Origin: an uncultured Bacilli bacterium
GTDB taxonomy: Bacteria > Bacillota_I > Bacilli_A > RF39 > UBA660
NCBI GenBank assembly: GCA_947623935.1
Contig: CANQIE010000004.1
Coordinates: forward strand, 1 to 57,619
Direction: 5' to 3'
DNA length: 57,619 bases
Positions 47,444 through 57,619 of this stretch are shown one piece after another. The notes below the pieces were generated by a model. The model ran no database searches and was not told where the DNA came from. It saw nothing but the letters and a program-made list of their open reading frames with translations. The position numbers and the translations under genes are program-made. The stretch's first letter is position 1; each line of letters opens with the position of its first letter.

Positions 47444-47885
47444 TGTAAAATGGAATGGCATTGTTCCTTTCAAAGAAGAAAATAAAATCCCTCCTATTGC
47501 CACTTTAACCATCAATTCAATTGGTTTTCAAAGAAATCTTTATCCCAAAGAAAGCCAAGAAAACGACTTAGAAAAAAATATTATCTTTTTAAAAGAATCG
47601 GATATGCCTAATCGAGATAAAGGAATCGTGCTTATTGCAGGGCACTCTGGAACAGGTCCAACAGCCTTTTTCCAAACCCTCGATAAAGTTAAAATTGATG
47701 ATGAGATTGAACTCACTTATTTAAATCAAAATTATGTTTACCGGTTAGTCAATCGAATTGTTGAACAAAAAATAGGTTTGATTCGTTTCTTTCGAAATCC
47801 TGATAAGTCTTATCTTGTACTTACTACCTGTATGCCGAATGAAAAAGATAAACAACTTGTTTTAGTAGCCGAAAAAAAGAACTAA
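47352..47885 (+). CDS. Sortase
   Basis: N-terminal TM, LIAGHSG (His), LVLTTC (Cys); the usual Arg position reads KQ. Confidence 0.85.
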   Translation: MFKKGILLLILGVLIMNMNFTIERKENSVTNVKWNGIVPFKEENKIPPIATLTINSIGFQRNLYPKESQENDLEKNIIFLKESDMPNRDKGIVLIAGHSGTGPTAFFQTLDKVKIDDEIELTYLNQNYVYRLVNRIVEQKIGLIRFFRNPDKSYLVLTTCMPNEKDKQLVLVAEKKN

Positions 47886-49999
47886 TTTTCGTTAGTTCTT
47901 TTGGTCTTTATAATGAATTCATTTCCTTGATAATCAATTAAAACGGTATCATCTGGAATAATTTCATTTTGAATTAATTTCTTGGATAGTAAGGTTTCAA
48001 TCGTACGCGATACTAATCTTTTTAATGGTCGTGCTCCATACGATTGGTCATAACCTTCTTCAAGTAAAACTTTTTTAGCAGTAGACGAAAGTTCCAAATG
48101 AATATTTTGATCCGCCAAACGACTTTCCATATCCTTCATAATTTTATCTAGAATAAGAGATAAGTTTTCTTCCGTTAGGTAATTAAAGACTACGACTTCA
48201 TCAATACGGTTAATAAACTCTGGACGGAAATGATGTTGTACTTCTTCTAGTACTTTTTCTTTATGTCCTTCTAGGATGTGTTCACTTCCTAAGTTACTGG
48301 TCATAATGATAATCGTATTTTTAAAGTCAACACGTCTTCCTTGTGAATCGGTAACATGCCCATCGTCTAAGATTTGAAGTAATAAGTTTAGAACTTCAGG
48401 ATGTGCTTTTTCAACTTCATCGAATAGGACAATGCTGTATGGATTCCTACGCACCGCTTCGGTAAGTTGCCCTCCTTCATCGTATCCGACATAGCCTGGA
48501 GGAGAACCTATTAAACGAGATACACTAAACTTCTCCATGTATTCGCTCATATCAATTCGAATCATGTGTTTTTCATCATCAAACAACTCATAAGCAAGAC
48601 TTCTTGCTACTTCGGTTTTACCGACACCAGTAGGTCCTAAGAATAAGAATGAACCAATAGGACGGTTTGGATCTTTAATTCCACTTCTACTTCGTAATAT
48701 CGCATCACTTACTAGTTTTAAAGCTTCATCTTGTCCCATGACCCTTTTTCTTAAGTTTTCTTCTAGGTGAAGTAATTTTTCTTTTTCACCACTCATCAAT
48801 TTGGTAACTGGAATATGAGTCCATCTAGAAATAATACCCGCGATGGATTCTTCAGTTACGGTATCACTTAAGATTTGATTCTTCTCTTGACTATTTAACG
48901 TCTCTAATTCTTTTTCGATTTCAGGAATAACTCCATGACGAAGTCTAGCGGCTTTTTCTAAGTCGTAATCATTTTCTGCTTTATCTAGTTCAAACTGAGC
49001 ATTCTCCAGTTCACTTTTCTTTTTCTTAATTTGCTCGTAAATTTCTTTTTCATTTTCCCAAGCGCGTTTTAATTCTTCTTCTTTGCCTTTTTTAGCATTG
49101 AGTTCAAATTCAATTTCATCGAGTCGTTTTTTAGAAATCGCATCTTTTTCTTTTTTCAAAGCTTCTCTTTCTACTTCAAGGCGCATAATATCTCTTGTTA
49201 AAGTATCTAGAGATGTGGGAACGGAATCCATTTGTACTCGAATGGTAGCACAGGCTTCATCGACTAAATCGATGGCTTTATCGGGTAGGAAACGATCTGT
49301 AATATAACGATTCGATAAAGTGGCCGCGGCGACCAAAGCACGGTCTAGAATACTTACTCCATGATGGATTTCAAAACGTTGTTTTAGTCCACGCAAAATG
49401 GTAATGGTATCCAGTACTGTAGGCTCTTCTACTTTGACTTTTTGGAAACGTCTTTCAAGTGCCCCATCTTTTTCAATATATTTACGATACTCATTTAAAG
49501 TCGTGGCACCAATCACATGGATTTCACCACGTGCAAGTAAAGGTTTTAAAATGTTCGAAGTATCCATAGCTCCTTCCATGTTGTTAGATCCTACAATCAT
49601 GTGAATTTCATCGATGAAAAGAATAATTCCGCCGTCACTTTTCTTTACTTCATCTAATACTTTCTTTAAACGTTCCTCAAATTCACCACGATATTTTGCT
49701 CCCGCAATGAGAGACGCCATATCGAGTTCAAAAACCATTCTATTTTTTAGGCTAGAAGGTACATCGCCTTTTACAATACGAAGGGCAAGTCCTTCCACAA
49801 TCGCTGTTTTACCCACTCCAGGTTCACCGATTAAAACCGGATTGTTCTTGGTTTTTCTAGATAAAACACGGGTAATGGAACGAATTTCTTCATCACGACC
49901 AATCACTGGATCAATTTTACCCATTCGTGCTTGTTCTGTAATGTCACGTCCGTACTTTGTTAATACAAATTCTTCTTGTTCTTCTTGATTAAACATCAT
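47882..49999 (-). CDS. clpB: ClpB chaperone lacking the N-terminal Clp domain
   Basis: Starts directly at LTKYGRDIT...[11 protein letters not shown]; two Walker A motifs ([16 protein letters not shown]); coiled-coil M domain. Confidence 0.92.
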   Translation of the reverse strand: MMFNQEEQEEFVLTKYGRDITEQARMGKIDPVIGRDEEIRSITRVLSRKTKNNPVLIGEPGVGKTAIVEGLALRIVKGDVPSSLKNRMVFELDMASLIAGAKYRGEFEERLKKVLDEVKKSDGGIILFIDEIHMIVGSNNMEGAMDTSNILKPLLARGEIHVIGATTLNEYRKYIEKDGALERRFQKVKVEEPTVLDTITILRGLKQRFEIHHGVSILDRALVAAATLSNRYITDRFLPDKAIDLVDEACATIRVQMDSVPTSLDTLTRDIMRLEVEREALKKEKDAISKKRLDEIEFELNAKKGKEEELKRAWENEKEIYEQIKKKKSELENAQFELDKAENDYDLEKAARLRHGVIPEIEKELETLNSQEKNQILSDTVTEESIAGIISRWTHIPVTKLMSGEKEKLLHLEENLRKRVMGQDEALKLVSDAILRSRSGIKDPNRPIGSFLFLGPTGVGKTEVARSLAYELFDDEKHMIRIDMSEYMEKFSVSRLIGSPPGYVGYDEGGQLTEAVRRNPYSIVLFDEVEKAHPEVLNLLLQILDDGHVTDSQGRRVDFKNTIIIMTSNLGSEHILEGHKEKVLEEVQHHFRPEFINRIDEVVVFNYLTEENLSLILDKIMKDMESRLADQNIHLELSSTAKKVLLEEGYDQSYGARPLKRLVSRTIETLLSKKLIQNEIIPDDTVLIDYQGNEFIIKTKRTNEN

Positions 50000-50034
50000 A
50001 TCACCCTCTTTTCATTCTATATTATACGCTTATT

Positions 50035-50061
50035 TTAGCACTTGTCAACATAGAGTGCTAA
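50035..50061 (-). promoter_or_regulatory. CIRCE element (HrcA operator) overlapping the clpB -35 box
   Basis: TTAGCACTC-TATGTTGAC-AAGTGCTAA (one mismatch to consensus); TTGACA lies inside, TATAAT 16 nt downstream. Confidence 0.92.
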
Positions 50062-50100
50062 TTTTATTCAAAAAAAGAGCTAACGCCTATCAAACGTTAA

Positions 50101-52770
50101 CTATTTTATCTTTTTTATTTCTTCATAAACTCGTTTGCAATTATTTCGATCATTGTACTGATAAAAAGATTCAATTCTTGTTAAATACTTCTTTTCTAAT
50201 TTGCAATCGTTTTTAATAGAACTGATAATTTCATCGACCGCACTATCGTAATCATATTTTACAGGTCCAAAGCCATTGTCTTCATAACTGAAATAGCCTT
50301 CTTTGTATAAATGTTTTTCAAAAAAAGATTCTCTATCAAATTGAGTATAGATAACCGGTTTCCTTAGATAAGCAAAATCAAATGGTACACTCGAATAATC
50401 ACTTATTAATAAACTGGCCTTATTAAATATATCTTGATAATCCGCAAAGCCATGAACCACCTTAATTAAATCATTTTCTTCAAAATCACGATAATTCTCC
50501 ATATGAGAAGGGTGAATGACGAAAATTCCGGTATAGCCTTTTTCTTTCATTACTTTAAGTAATTCTTTATCATTAATGAGCTTATTATAAAACTGAAAAT
50601 ATGTACTCTTATTAAACATTGGATTATATAATCTTTTTCCTTTTGCCGAATCTGATTTACCAGATAAATAATGTCGCCAAGTAGGCATGAAAGCAATCAA
50701 TTTTTGGCTTTCATCATATAGATTATCATATCTAGGAAGACCTGTGAGTTTTACTTCGTTTGAAGTATAACCATATTGGTCATTAAGAATAGAATCATAT
50801 TCTTTTTTCGCTGAAGTTACAAATAGACGAATATTTTTATTATATATATTGAGCCATCCAGAGATGTCATCCTTTGTAATTCCATGTTGTAAGAACACAA
50901 ACTTGTAATTATATAAATCATGGTAGTATCGTCCACTTCGATTAAAGGCATTTATCACCCAAGCATCGGCTTGGCTTGAAATAATTTTATCACTTAGTAA
51001 AAAATAAAGTTTATATTTGATTGAATTATAAGCTAATACGTTACCTATTTGTTTCATCTTTGAATAATCTTTTGAATTTTTATCAATTACAAAATAAGGT
51101 TTTATCTTTTTATCCTTTTGCTTCACAATATATTGAAACATGTGCATACCATTGTCATTAGCAACCGTAGTTCGATCCGATACTAACCATATCTCTTTTC
51201 TTTTAAATAGTTTTAAGAAACTATAGGCTAAGCGAAAAATCATTACTTTAAATTTTCTTTTTGCAAGTAAATCTATATACATTCTTAAAGAAAAACGTAT
51301 CCGATTTAAAAAATGATTCTTTATTACTTTTATCTTGTTATCGTGATAATAGTATAGTTGATTTCTATAAATATAGTAGGATTTAAATTTACTGTCGATT
51401 TTAGCATTATTTCCTGTGTTAAAATTTAATATTCCCGTATGTTTATTCTTATATATAAATTCAAAATAAATACTTTCTAAATTTTTAATCGGAACCGTAA
51501 TATGAAATCCTTGATTGGTCATAAAAGGTTGACCAAAGAATTTTTTTTCACCGCTATTGGTGTCTATTGTTTTTAACTCAATACGTTTTTTATTATTAAT
51601 CACTACATTAATTTTATAATCTTTTTTAGGTAAATAACAATTAACGAATCCGATCAAATCTAAATTATCTTCCTGAAAATTCATAGCATTTAGTTTAAGT
51701 AGATTTCTACTACTGAATGAAATTAAAGGTAATTGATGATACAAAAGAGCTTGCTCATCAAAAGTGAGACTATCAAAAACATTACATTGCTTAAGCAGTA
51801 AAGTTTGTATCATATATTCTGGAGCCATTCCACGTTGACTAAAAATAATTTTTTCATCAATATCTTTAAATATTTCCTTAGTAATAGAGAGATATTTATC
51901 GATTACTTCTTGAGAAATGTTGCTTGGAAAATCTGTTTTCATACGATATTTATAATCGTACATAATAAAATACATAATATAAGGAATCGCATAACCATAT
52001 TTTTCTTTAGATAAACGAATTAAATACTGATAACATAATGTAGGTGTTTTTAAATACCAATCTTCACTGCTATTTTTCGTCTGAATCGCAGAATTTTCAG
52101 ACCATCTTTTACGATATAAATAATGGGTCGATGCCATAAGGCCTATTTTTTCTTTGTTTAAAGCAAGTTCTAACATAAAACAAGCATCTTCACTGTATTT
52201 TACTTTTTCATTAAATTTTAATTTACTTTCTAACAAAGCAGAAGTTTTAATAATTGAACTAGTTCCTTGTAGTTGAATACAATCGAAATCTGTAAAAATA
52301 TCAATCACTTTATCCCGATCAAATTTATAATTTAAAGGATGCCCTGCCGTAGAAGCTTCAAACAATTTTATTTTAACTCCTACCAAATCAATTTCATCGT
52401 AATGTGCTTCAAAAAATTTATAGATTTTTTTGTAAGCTTTTCTCTCCCATTTATCATCACTATCTAAAAAATTAACATATTTTCCTTCAATATATTGCAT
52501 TCCTAAATTTCTGGCGCTGGATACTCCGCCATTTTCCTTTTTAATATACCTAATATTATCAGGATACATTTCTTTATATTTTAAACAAATCGCTTCAGAG
52601 TTATCAGGAGAACCGTCGTTTACTAAAATGATTTGAATATTTTTAATGCCAATCGTTTGATGAACCACCGATAGGATCGTTTCTTCTAAATAATCTTCTA
52701 CATTATAGATTGGAATAATAACTGAAAATTTATATTTATAATCCTTTTGTGATTTTGTTTTTACTTCCAT
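50101..52770 (-). CDS. Bifunctional GT2 / CDP-glycerol glycerophosphotransferase (TagF-like)
   Basis: SVIIPIYNVE...FLDSDD; FLQHG, TGLPRYD, MPTWR, HP, SDYSSVPFDF. Confidence 0.88.
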   Translation of the reverse strand: MEVKTKSQKDYKYKFSVIIPIYNVEDYLEETILSVVHQTIGIKNIQIILVNDGSPDNSEAICLKYKEMYPDNIRYIKKENGGVSSARNLGMQYIEGKYVNFLDSDDKWERKAYKKIYKFFEAHYDEIDLVGVKIKLFEASTAGHPLNYKFDRDKVIDIFTDFDCIQLQGTSSIIKTSALLESKLKFNEKVKYSEDACFMLELALNKEKIGLMASTHYLYRKRWSENSAIQTKNSSEDWYLKTPTLCYQYLIRLSKEKYGYAIPYIMYFIMYDYKYRMKTDFPSNISQEVIDKYLSITKEIFKDIDEKIIFSQRGMAPEYMIQTLLLKQCNVFDSLTFDEQALLYHQLPLISFSSRNLLKLNAMNFQEDNLDLIGFVNCYLPKKDYKINVVINNKKRIELKTIDTNSGEKKFFGQPFMTNQGFHITVPIKNLESIYFEFIYKNKHTGILNFNTGNNAKIDSKFKSYYIYRNQLYYYHDNKIKVIKNHFLNRIRFSLRMYIDLLAKRKFKVMIFRLAYSFLKLFKRKEIWLVSDRTTVANDNGMHMFQYIVKQKDKKIKPYFVIDKNSKDYSKMKQIGNVLAYNSIKYKLYFLLSDKIISSQADAWVINAFNRSGRYYHDLYNYKFVFLQHGITKDDISGWLNIYNKNIRLFVTSAKKEYDSILNDQYGYTSNEVKLTGLPRYDNLYDESQKLIAFMPTWRHYLSGKSDSAKGKRLYNPMFNKSTYFQFYNKLINDKELLKVMKEKGYTGIFVIHPSHMENYRDFEENDLIKVVHGFADYQDIFNKASLLISDYSSVPFDFAYLRKPVIYTQFDRESFFEKHLYKEGYFSYEDNGFGPVKYDYDSAVDEIISSIKNDCKLEKKYLTRIESFYQYNDRNNCKRVYEEIKKIK

Positions 52771-52859
52771 GCTAACCTCTCTTACATCTACTAGAATGTT
52801 ACTTTCTTTATTTCTATCTTAACATAGAAATAAATAAGGGTCAAATAAAGAAAAAGCAC

Positions 52860-54200
52860 TTACTTCGTTGTAAGTACTTCTATAGCTTTAGTAAGAACGG
52901 GATCATTGTTTTCTGGATCGAGTTCAAATTGATTATCTGTATCAACTTCAATATCTGGTTTTACACCGACTTCATTTACCCAATTTCCAAGAGGAGTTAA
53001 CCATTTTTGAATCGTATATTTAATTTGTGATCCACTTGATAATGAACGCGTTGTTTGTACCGTTCCTTTTCCAAACGTTGTCTTTCCTATTAAAGTTGCT
53101 CCATAAGATTCCTTTAGGCTAGAAGCAAGAATTTCAGAAGCAGATGCACTTTCACCATTGATTAGAACAACAATCGGTAAGTTGAAATTACTACTTCGTG
53201 TAGAGTAAATTGGTTGTTTAATGCCTTTGGTCTCTAATTGATAAATAATCTTTCCTTTAGGAATAAATAAAGAAGCAATACTTTCAACCGATGATAAATG
53301 TCCACCTAAATTATCTCGTACATCGATAATTAAACTATCGATTTCTTTGGTTTGTAAGCGCAATAATTCTTGTTCAAATTGATTAAACGTATTTTCAGCA
53401 AAGATATCAATTTTAATCATACCGATTTTTTGATCTTCTTTTTCAATTACTTCGCCATGAACGGATGTAATCTCTACTTTGCGACGAACCAAGGAGAAAG
53501 TTAATTTTTCTTCTTTCCGTAACACGGTTAAAGTAACAGAACTTCCTTCTTCACCTTTGAGTAATTCCGATATTTCATCTAATGTTTTTTCTCCAATTTC
53601 TTCATCATTCACTGCAATGATTTGATCTCCTACTTGAAGACCTGCATTCATTCCTGAACTATTATCGAATAAAGAATTTATAAATACACTTCCATCTGTA
53701 TATTTAATAACTTCTGCACCAATACCAACATAAGAGCCTGTAACTTGTTGATTAAAATCATCGGTTTCTTCTTTTTCCATATAAGAAGTAAATGGATCTC
53801 CTAAATATTCGATCATTCCTTCAATACCTGCTTCAGCCATGGCTTCTTCATCGATATCTTCGTAGTAGTTTGCTTTTAATTCATCGTATACATTCATAAA
53901 TTCTGCTAACTCTTCTGAAATAGGACTAGAAGAATTAATAAGCGGTCCTATATTGTTGGTATTATTGGCAATCACCACAAAAGCACCTAAGAAACTTCCA
54001 AATACCAGTGTAATAATCATAATAATGACCACTTCTAAAAAGTTGAAGCCTGCTTTCTTTTCTACAACAATCTCTTTTACTTCTTCTTTCGGCTCTTTTT
54101 CTTCTATCTTTTTAACCGGCACTTTTCCTTTTGCCGTTACTTTTTTAGTTTCCTTTTTTATCTCTTTTTTTGTATCTTTCTTTTCTTCCTTCTTATCCAT
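52860..54200 (-). CDS. S41 carboxyl-terminal protease (CtpA-like) with PDZ domain
   Basis: GIGA (PDZ), DVRDNLGG, SASASEI, TFGKGTVQ. Confidence 0.92.
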   Translation of the reverse strand: MDKKEEKKDTKKEIKKETKKVTAKGKVPVKKIEEKEPKEEVKEIVVEKKAGFNFLEVVIIMIITLVFGSFLGAFVVIANNTNNIGPLINSSSPISEELAEFMNVYDELKANYYEDIDEEAMAEAGIEGMIEYLGDPFTSYMEKEETDDFNQQVTGSYVGIGAEVIKYTDGSVFINSLFDNSSGMNAGLQVGDQIIAVNDEEIGEKTLDEISELLKGEEGSSVTLTVLRKEEKLTFSLVRRKVEITSVHGEVIEKEDQKIGMIKIDIFAENTFNQFEQELLRLQTKEIDSLIIDVRDNLGGHLSSVESIASLFIPKGKIIYQLETKGIKQPIYSTRSSNFNLPIVVLINGESASASEILASSLKESYGATLIGKTTFGKGTVQTTRSLSSGSQIKYTIQKWLTPLGNWVNEVGVKPDIEVDTDNQFELDPENNDPVLTKAIEVLTTK

Positions 54201-54249
54201 GTTACCACCTCTATATTGTCCATTAACATCATATCATATTTTTGTATGA

Positions 54250-54275
54250 AAAAAAAGAATGTTTCCATTCTTTTT
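54250..54275 (-). terminator. Terminator after tRNA-Asn
   Basis: AAAAAGAATG-GAAA-CATTCTTTTTTT on the minus strand. Confidence 0.6.
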
Positions 54276-54285
54276 AAATTCCTAA

Positions 54286-54362
54286 TGGCGCCCCAACTAG
54301 GACTTGAACCTAGGACCCCTTGATTAACAGTCAAGTGCTCTAACCAACTGAGCTATTGAGGC
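54286..54362 (-). tRNA. tRNA-Asn(GTT), 77 nt, CCA encoded
   Basis: GCCTCAA/TTGGGGC acceptor stem, GCTC/GAGC D arm, CTTGA-CTGTTAA-TCAAG anticodon arm, GGTTCAAGTCC T arm, GCCA end. Confidence 0.97.
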
Positions 54363-54417
54363 AAAATTTAAAAAAGACTATTTATACTATGAGAAAAAAT
54401 AATCTTTTTTATACTTT

Positions 54418-54984
54418 TTAATCGGTATCAACTAATCCATAAAGGTATTTTTCAATTTCGTCTTTTCCTTCTAGGTATTTTGTAATCTTTCCTTTTTCAA
54501 TATGAAGTAAGGTTGGACTTTTTACTTGTAATTCCGAAAGTTTAGTTGCTTTTTTATTGGACTTTTCTTCATTATGGTATGCTTTATTGAATCCTTTATC
54601 TAAGTCGACATAGTAGATATTCTCTGATCCTGTTGAATTCGTATAATTATCACTTGCTTGCATTAACAACGTAGTAACATCGTTTGTATAGTCCATCAAC
54701 ATAACATAATATTTTTCATCTTGTTGATTAAAGATTTCTCCTGCAATTATTTCTTGGTATTGAATTTCAGCAGGAGTACTTTCTCTTGGTGTATCCCATA
54801 ATTTAATTTCTCCTTTTAGAATCGCACTTGTCAAATAAACCCCAAAGAATATGACGATAATAACAACTAGTAAGATAATGGCTTTTTTAGGTTCCATTTC
54901 TGAACTGGTTGCTTCTTCAAGCATTCTTTTTTCTTCTCTTTTTGCTTTTCTTGCACTTTTTGTTTTTGTTGTTGTTTTTTTCAT
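54418..54984 (-). CDS. Hypothetical membrane-anchored protein (thioredoxin-like ectodomain without CxxC)
   Basis: Basic N-terminus, TM, YYVML...IYYVDL...PTLLHIEKGKI; start after SD AGGTGAGG. Confidence 0.6.
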   Translation of the reverse strand: MKKTTTKTKSARKAKREEKRMLEEATSSEMEPKKAIILLVVIIVIFFGVYLTSAILKGEIKLWDTPRESTPAEIQYQEIIAGEIFNQQDEKYYVMLMDYTNDVTTLLMQASDNYTNSTGSENIYYVDLDKGFNKAYHNEEKSNKKATKLSELQVKSPTLLHIEKGKITKYLEGKDEIEKYLYGLVDTD

Positions 54985-55044
54985 TTTTTCCTCACCTATT
55001 TCCAATTGTATCATGATTTTTCAAAAAAATAAACATTTTCATGC

Positions 55045-55896
55045 TTATTTCGTCTCAAGTTCTTTTTCAGCAATATATTCATAACTTAGTGCGTTATTGC
55101 TTGTAATAACACTTTTTCCAATTTCATCTTCTAGAGCTCTTCTTGTATTACCTGCAATTTTGCCACCCCGTTTTGCTACTTCTATATTCTCTTTTAATCC
55201 TTTTGGATTTTTCTCTCTAGCTATTTCTCTTGTTGCTATTTCTCCTAAATCTGCAAGTATAACTTCAACATCGGTCATATTATCTCTTAATGATTCTTTT
55301 CTAAGACCTTTAAAGAATTTGTACTGTTGGGCAGTCATACCAGACCATTCTTTATAAATTTCATTTGTTAGAATAGCATATTCATCTGGCTCTGTGATAC
55401 CACCATCTTTCCAAACATCAGTAAGTTGCTTCCTATCTTGAATACTTTTTACTCTTTTGGCAATCCACTTTTCATCATAGCCCTTAGTTCTATACAAATC
55501 TACTGCTCTTTGTACGGCAATCGAAGGATCGAACGTTTCATTAATTCTTTCACTACCAAGTTTTGCTAACCATTGTTTAATGGGTTCTGCATTCTTACTA
55601 GGAATAGATTCAATAATTCGAAACATTCCTTCAATATCAACGACATCAGTCATACGATATTTACCATCTTTGGCTTTAAGTTTCAAAGCGTTACAATTTG
55701 TAACGGTTTCATTTCCCTCATCTTTAAGTCTTTTTTTAAGTACTCTCCAATATGTTTGAGGATTTTCACTTTCTGAAACAATACCTACTATATCCACCAC
55801 ACTGATATAATATTTTTCTTGTTCTTTATCCCATACAGTTCTTATGGTTTCGTTATTAAATATTTTGTTTACTAAATGCATTTTATCTTGATCCAT
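55045..55896 (-). CDS. BRO-N domain (antirepressor-like) protein
   Basis: IRTVWD...YISVVDIV...YWRVLKKRL...VTNCNALK...DGKYRMTD...IPSKNAEPIKQWLA; KESLRDNMT. Confidence 0.85.
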   Translation of the reverse strand: MDQDKMHLVNKIFNNETIRTVWDKEQEKYYISVVDIVGIVSESENPQTYWRVLKKRLKDEGNETVTNCNALKLKAKDGKYRMTDVVDIEGMFRIIESIPSKNAEPIKQWLAKLGSERINETFDPSIAVQRAVDLYRTKGYDEKWIAKRVKSIQDRKQLTDVWKDGGITEPDEYAILTNEIYKEWSGMTAQQYKFFKGLRKESLRDNMTDVEVILADLGEIATREIAREKNPKGLKENIEVAKRGGKIAGNTRRALEDEIGKSVITSNNALSYEYIAEKELETK

Positions 55897-55947
55897 ATGC
55901 CACCTCCTATATTCAATGTATCAAACATTTGGTCTGATACCAGTTTT

Positions 55948-56502
55948 TTATGAATTTTTAATATCTTCTATTTTTGTTTTTTCATCGATATATTTATAAT
56001 TTAAAGCGTTATTGCTTGATATTACTGAATCTCCCAATTTTCTCTCAAGATCTTCCCTAGCAATTTTTGCAGTATTACCACCCATTTTTGCTATTTTTTT
56101 ATTTTGCTCTAAACCATAAGGTTTATGCTTTTTCGCAAGTTCTCTTGTTGCAGTTTCTCCTAAATCCGTTAAAAGAACTTCGATATCCGTCATATTATCT
56201 CTTAAAGATTCTTTACGAATTCCTTTAAATGCTTTATACTCATTTGCTTTCATTCCGGACCATTCTTTATAAATTTCATTCGTTAAAATAGCATATTCCT
56301 TATTTTCCGTTATCCCTCCGTCTTGCCAAACATCCGTTAATTGTTTTCTTCTCACAATTCCATCTAATCTGTCTTTAATCCACTTATCACTATATCCTCG
56401 CCTTCTGTAATAATCCACTGCCCGATTAATAGCAATTTCTGGATCAAACACTTCATCAACTCTCTCACCACCTAAATGAGCAAGCCATAATTTAAAAGGT
56501 TC
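55948..56502 (-). pseudogene. 5'-truncated paralog of the BRO-N protein (C-terminal half only)
   Basis: Similarity to the neighbour begins at EPFKLWLAHLGGERVDEVFDPE (56502), upstream of the called GTG; the BRO-N domain and a proper start/SD are missing. Confidence 0.7.
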
Positions 56503-56523
56503 TCTCTTTAGATCAAAATGACA

Positions 56524-57543
56524 CTATTCATTTTCTAAATCGATATGTAGATTTAATTCTTCTTCAGTTGGTAATTCTTTTAAAATTTCAGGTGGTAAAT
56601 ATTCTGATAATTCATATGAACTAACTCCAATAGGTTTATGTATATCTTTTAAAGCATATTCAACCGAAAATTTATCTTTATCTCGACAAAGTATTAATCC
56701 TATACTTGGATTATCTTGTTTATCTTTGACTAAATCATCTATTACTGATAGGTAAAAATTAACTTTTCCTATATATTCGGGTTTAAATTCAGTATTTTTT
56801 AGTTCAACTACAACATAACAATGAAGTTTAGTATGATAAAATAATAAATCAATAAAATATTCTTTGTTTCCAACTTCTAATTTATATTGGTTTCCAACAA
56901 AACTAAATCCATTTCCTAATTCTAATAATACAGTTTTTATTTTTTCAACCATAGCTTGTTCCAATTCAGTTTCAATGTAGTTTTGTTTTAATCCGGTTAA
57001 ATTGAGAATAAAAGGATCTTTCATCATATCTTTTGCCAAGTCACTTTGAGGTTTAGGTAGAGTATCATAAAAATTATTTGGCTTGTCTCCAAGAACTTGT
57101 CTTTCATACAATTTGCTTTTTATTTGAAATGCTAATACATCATAACTCCAACCATTAATTAATGTTTGTTCCATATACCAAACTCTTTGAATATTATCTT
57201 CAATCTTGTCTAAAATAAGCATATTATGTGACCAAGGAATTTGTGCAGACGATGTCTGCACTTTTTCACTTTTTGAGCATTCAATATAATATTTTTTCAT
57301 ATTTTTTAAATTTCGTACAGAGAAACCTTTAATATTTGGAAATGTCAATTTAAGTTCTATTGCTAATTCATCAATAAATTTATTACCCCAACTAGAATTT
57401 TCATTAATTGTTTTTCCAATATTATAATATAATTTTAATAAATTCATATTAGCATTTTTAAAAATTTCATACTTCGTTTTATTTATCTCTTGCTTTATCT
57501 GTTCTACGATATTTTTAAAATCTTTCACTTCAGTTGCTAACAT
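56524..57543 (-). CDS. DUF1016/YhcG-family PD-(D/E)XK nuclease-domain protein
   Basis: YYNIGK...WG...GFSVRNL..M; IPWSH; KDPFIL; IDLLFYH...VVELK; SD AAGGAGG. Confidence 0.92.
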   Translation of the reverse strand: MLATEVKDFKNIVEQIKQEINKTKYEIFKNANMNLLKLYYNIGKTINENSSWGNKFIDELAIELKLTFPNIKGFSVRNLKNMKKYYIECSKSEKVQTSSAQIPWSHNMLILDKIEDNIQRVWYMEQTLINGWSYDVLAFQIKSKLYERQVLGDKPNNFYDTLPKPQSDLAKDMMKDPFILNLTGLKQNYIETELEQAMVEKIKTVLLELGNGFSFVGNQYKLEVGNKEYFIDLLFYHTKLHCYVVVELKNTEFKPEYIGKVNFYLSVIDDLVKDKQDNPSIGLILCRDKDKFSVEYALKDIHKPIGVSSYELSEYLPPEILKELPTEEELNLHIDLENE

Positions 57544-57619
57544 TTTAATTCCTCCTTTTTTAATTTTGCGGACGCGTCTGCAAAATTTATTAAACTCTTT
57601 TTATCAATTCTGATATTGG

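Noticed and set aside
1-57619. DGR template repeat or reverse transcriptase in the window
   Set aside because: No second copy of the 20650-20795 block seen and no ORF with RT motifs; a by-eye search could miss a diverged copy
54286-57619. Prophage or integrative element at tRNA-Asn
   Set aside because: No integrase or att duplication visible, and the accessory genes lie on the tRNA 5' side beyond a core-looking gene

Overview
A low-GC (~30%) chromosomal window using the standard genetic code, from a spore-forming, genome-reduced Bacillota lineage. The gene mix suggests an RF39-like gut member of Bacilli, which is an inference. It holds a spore-surface and germination cluster (GT2-TPR, LysM proteins, SleC-like hydrolase, collagen-like proteins), gatCAB, T-box-leuS, fhs, corA, a CIRCE-controlled clpB, a thioester/pilin adhesin with a sortase, tRNA-Asn and a BRO-N/DUF1016 accessory block. 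The most interesting signals are not in the ORF track. (1) A surface-protein gene ends in a GC-rich segment with adenine-free invariant codons, typical of a diversity-generating retroelement (DGR) variable region, yet no RT or template lies in the window, so it looks like a remote target. (2) Two tandem unannotated type I toxin-antitoxin-like modules sit between gatC and cse60, with covarying 5'-3' mRNA pairing and convergent antisense RNAs. (3) An ~11-kb SPFH/zinc-ribbon envelope operon has a sigma-A promoter with a G9 tract in the -35/-10 spacer, a candidate phase-variation switch. (4) A sortase substrate's membrane anchor is missing in its own frame but present in the overlapping sortase frame. 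(5) Palindromes are embedded in, and lie upstream of, the BRO-N and DUF1016 genes. All calls were made by eye, with no database searches.
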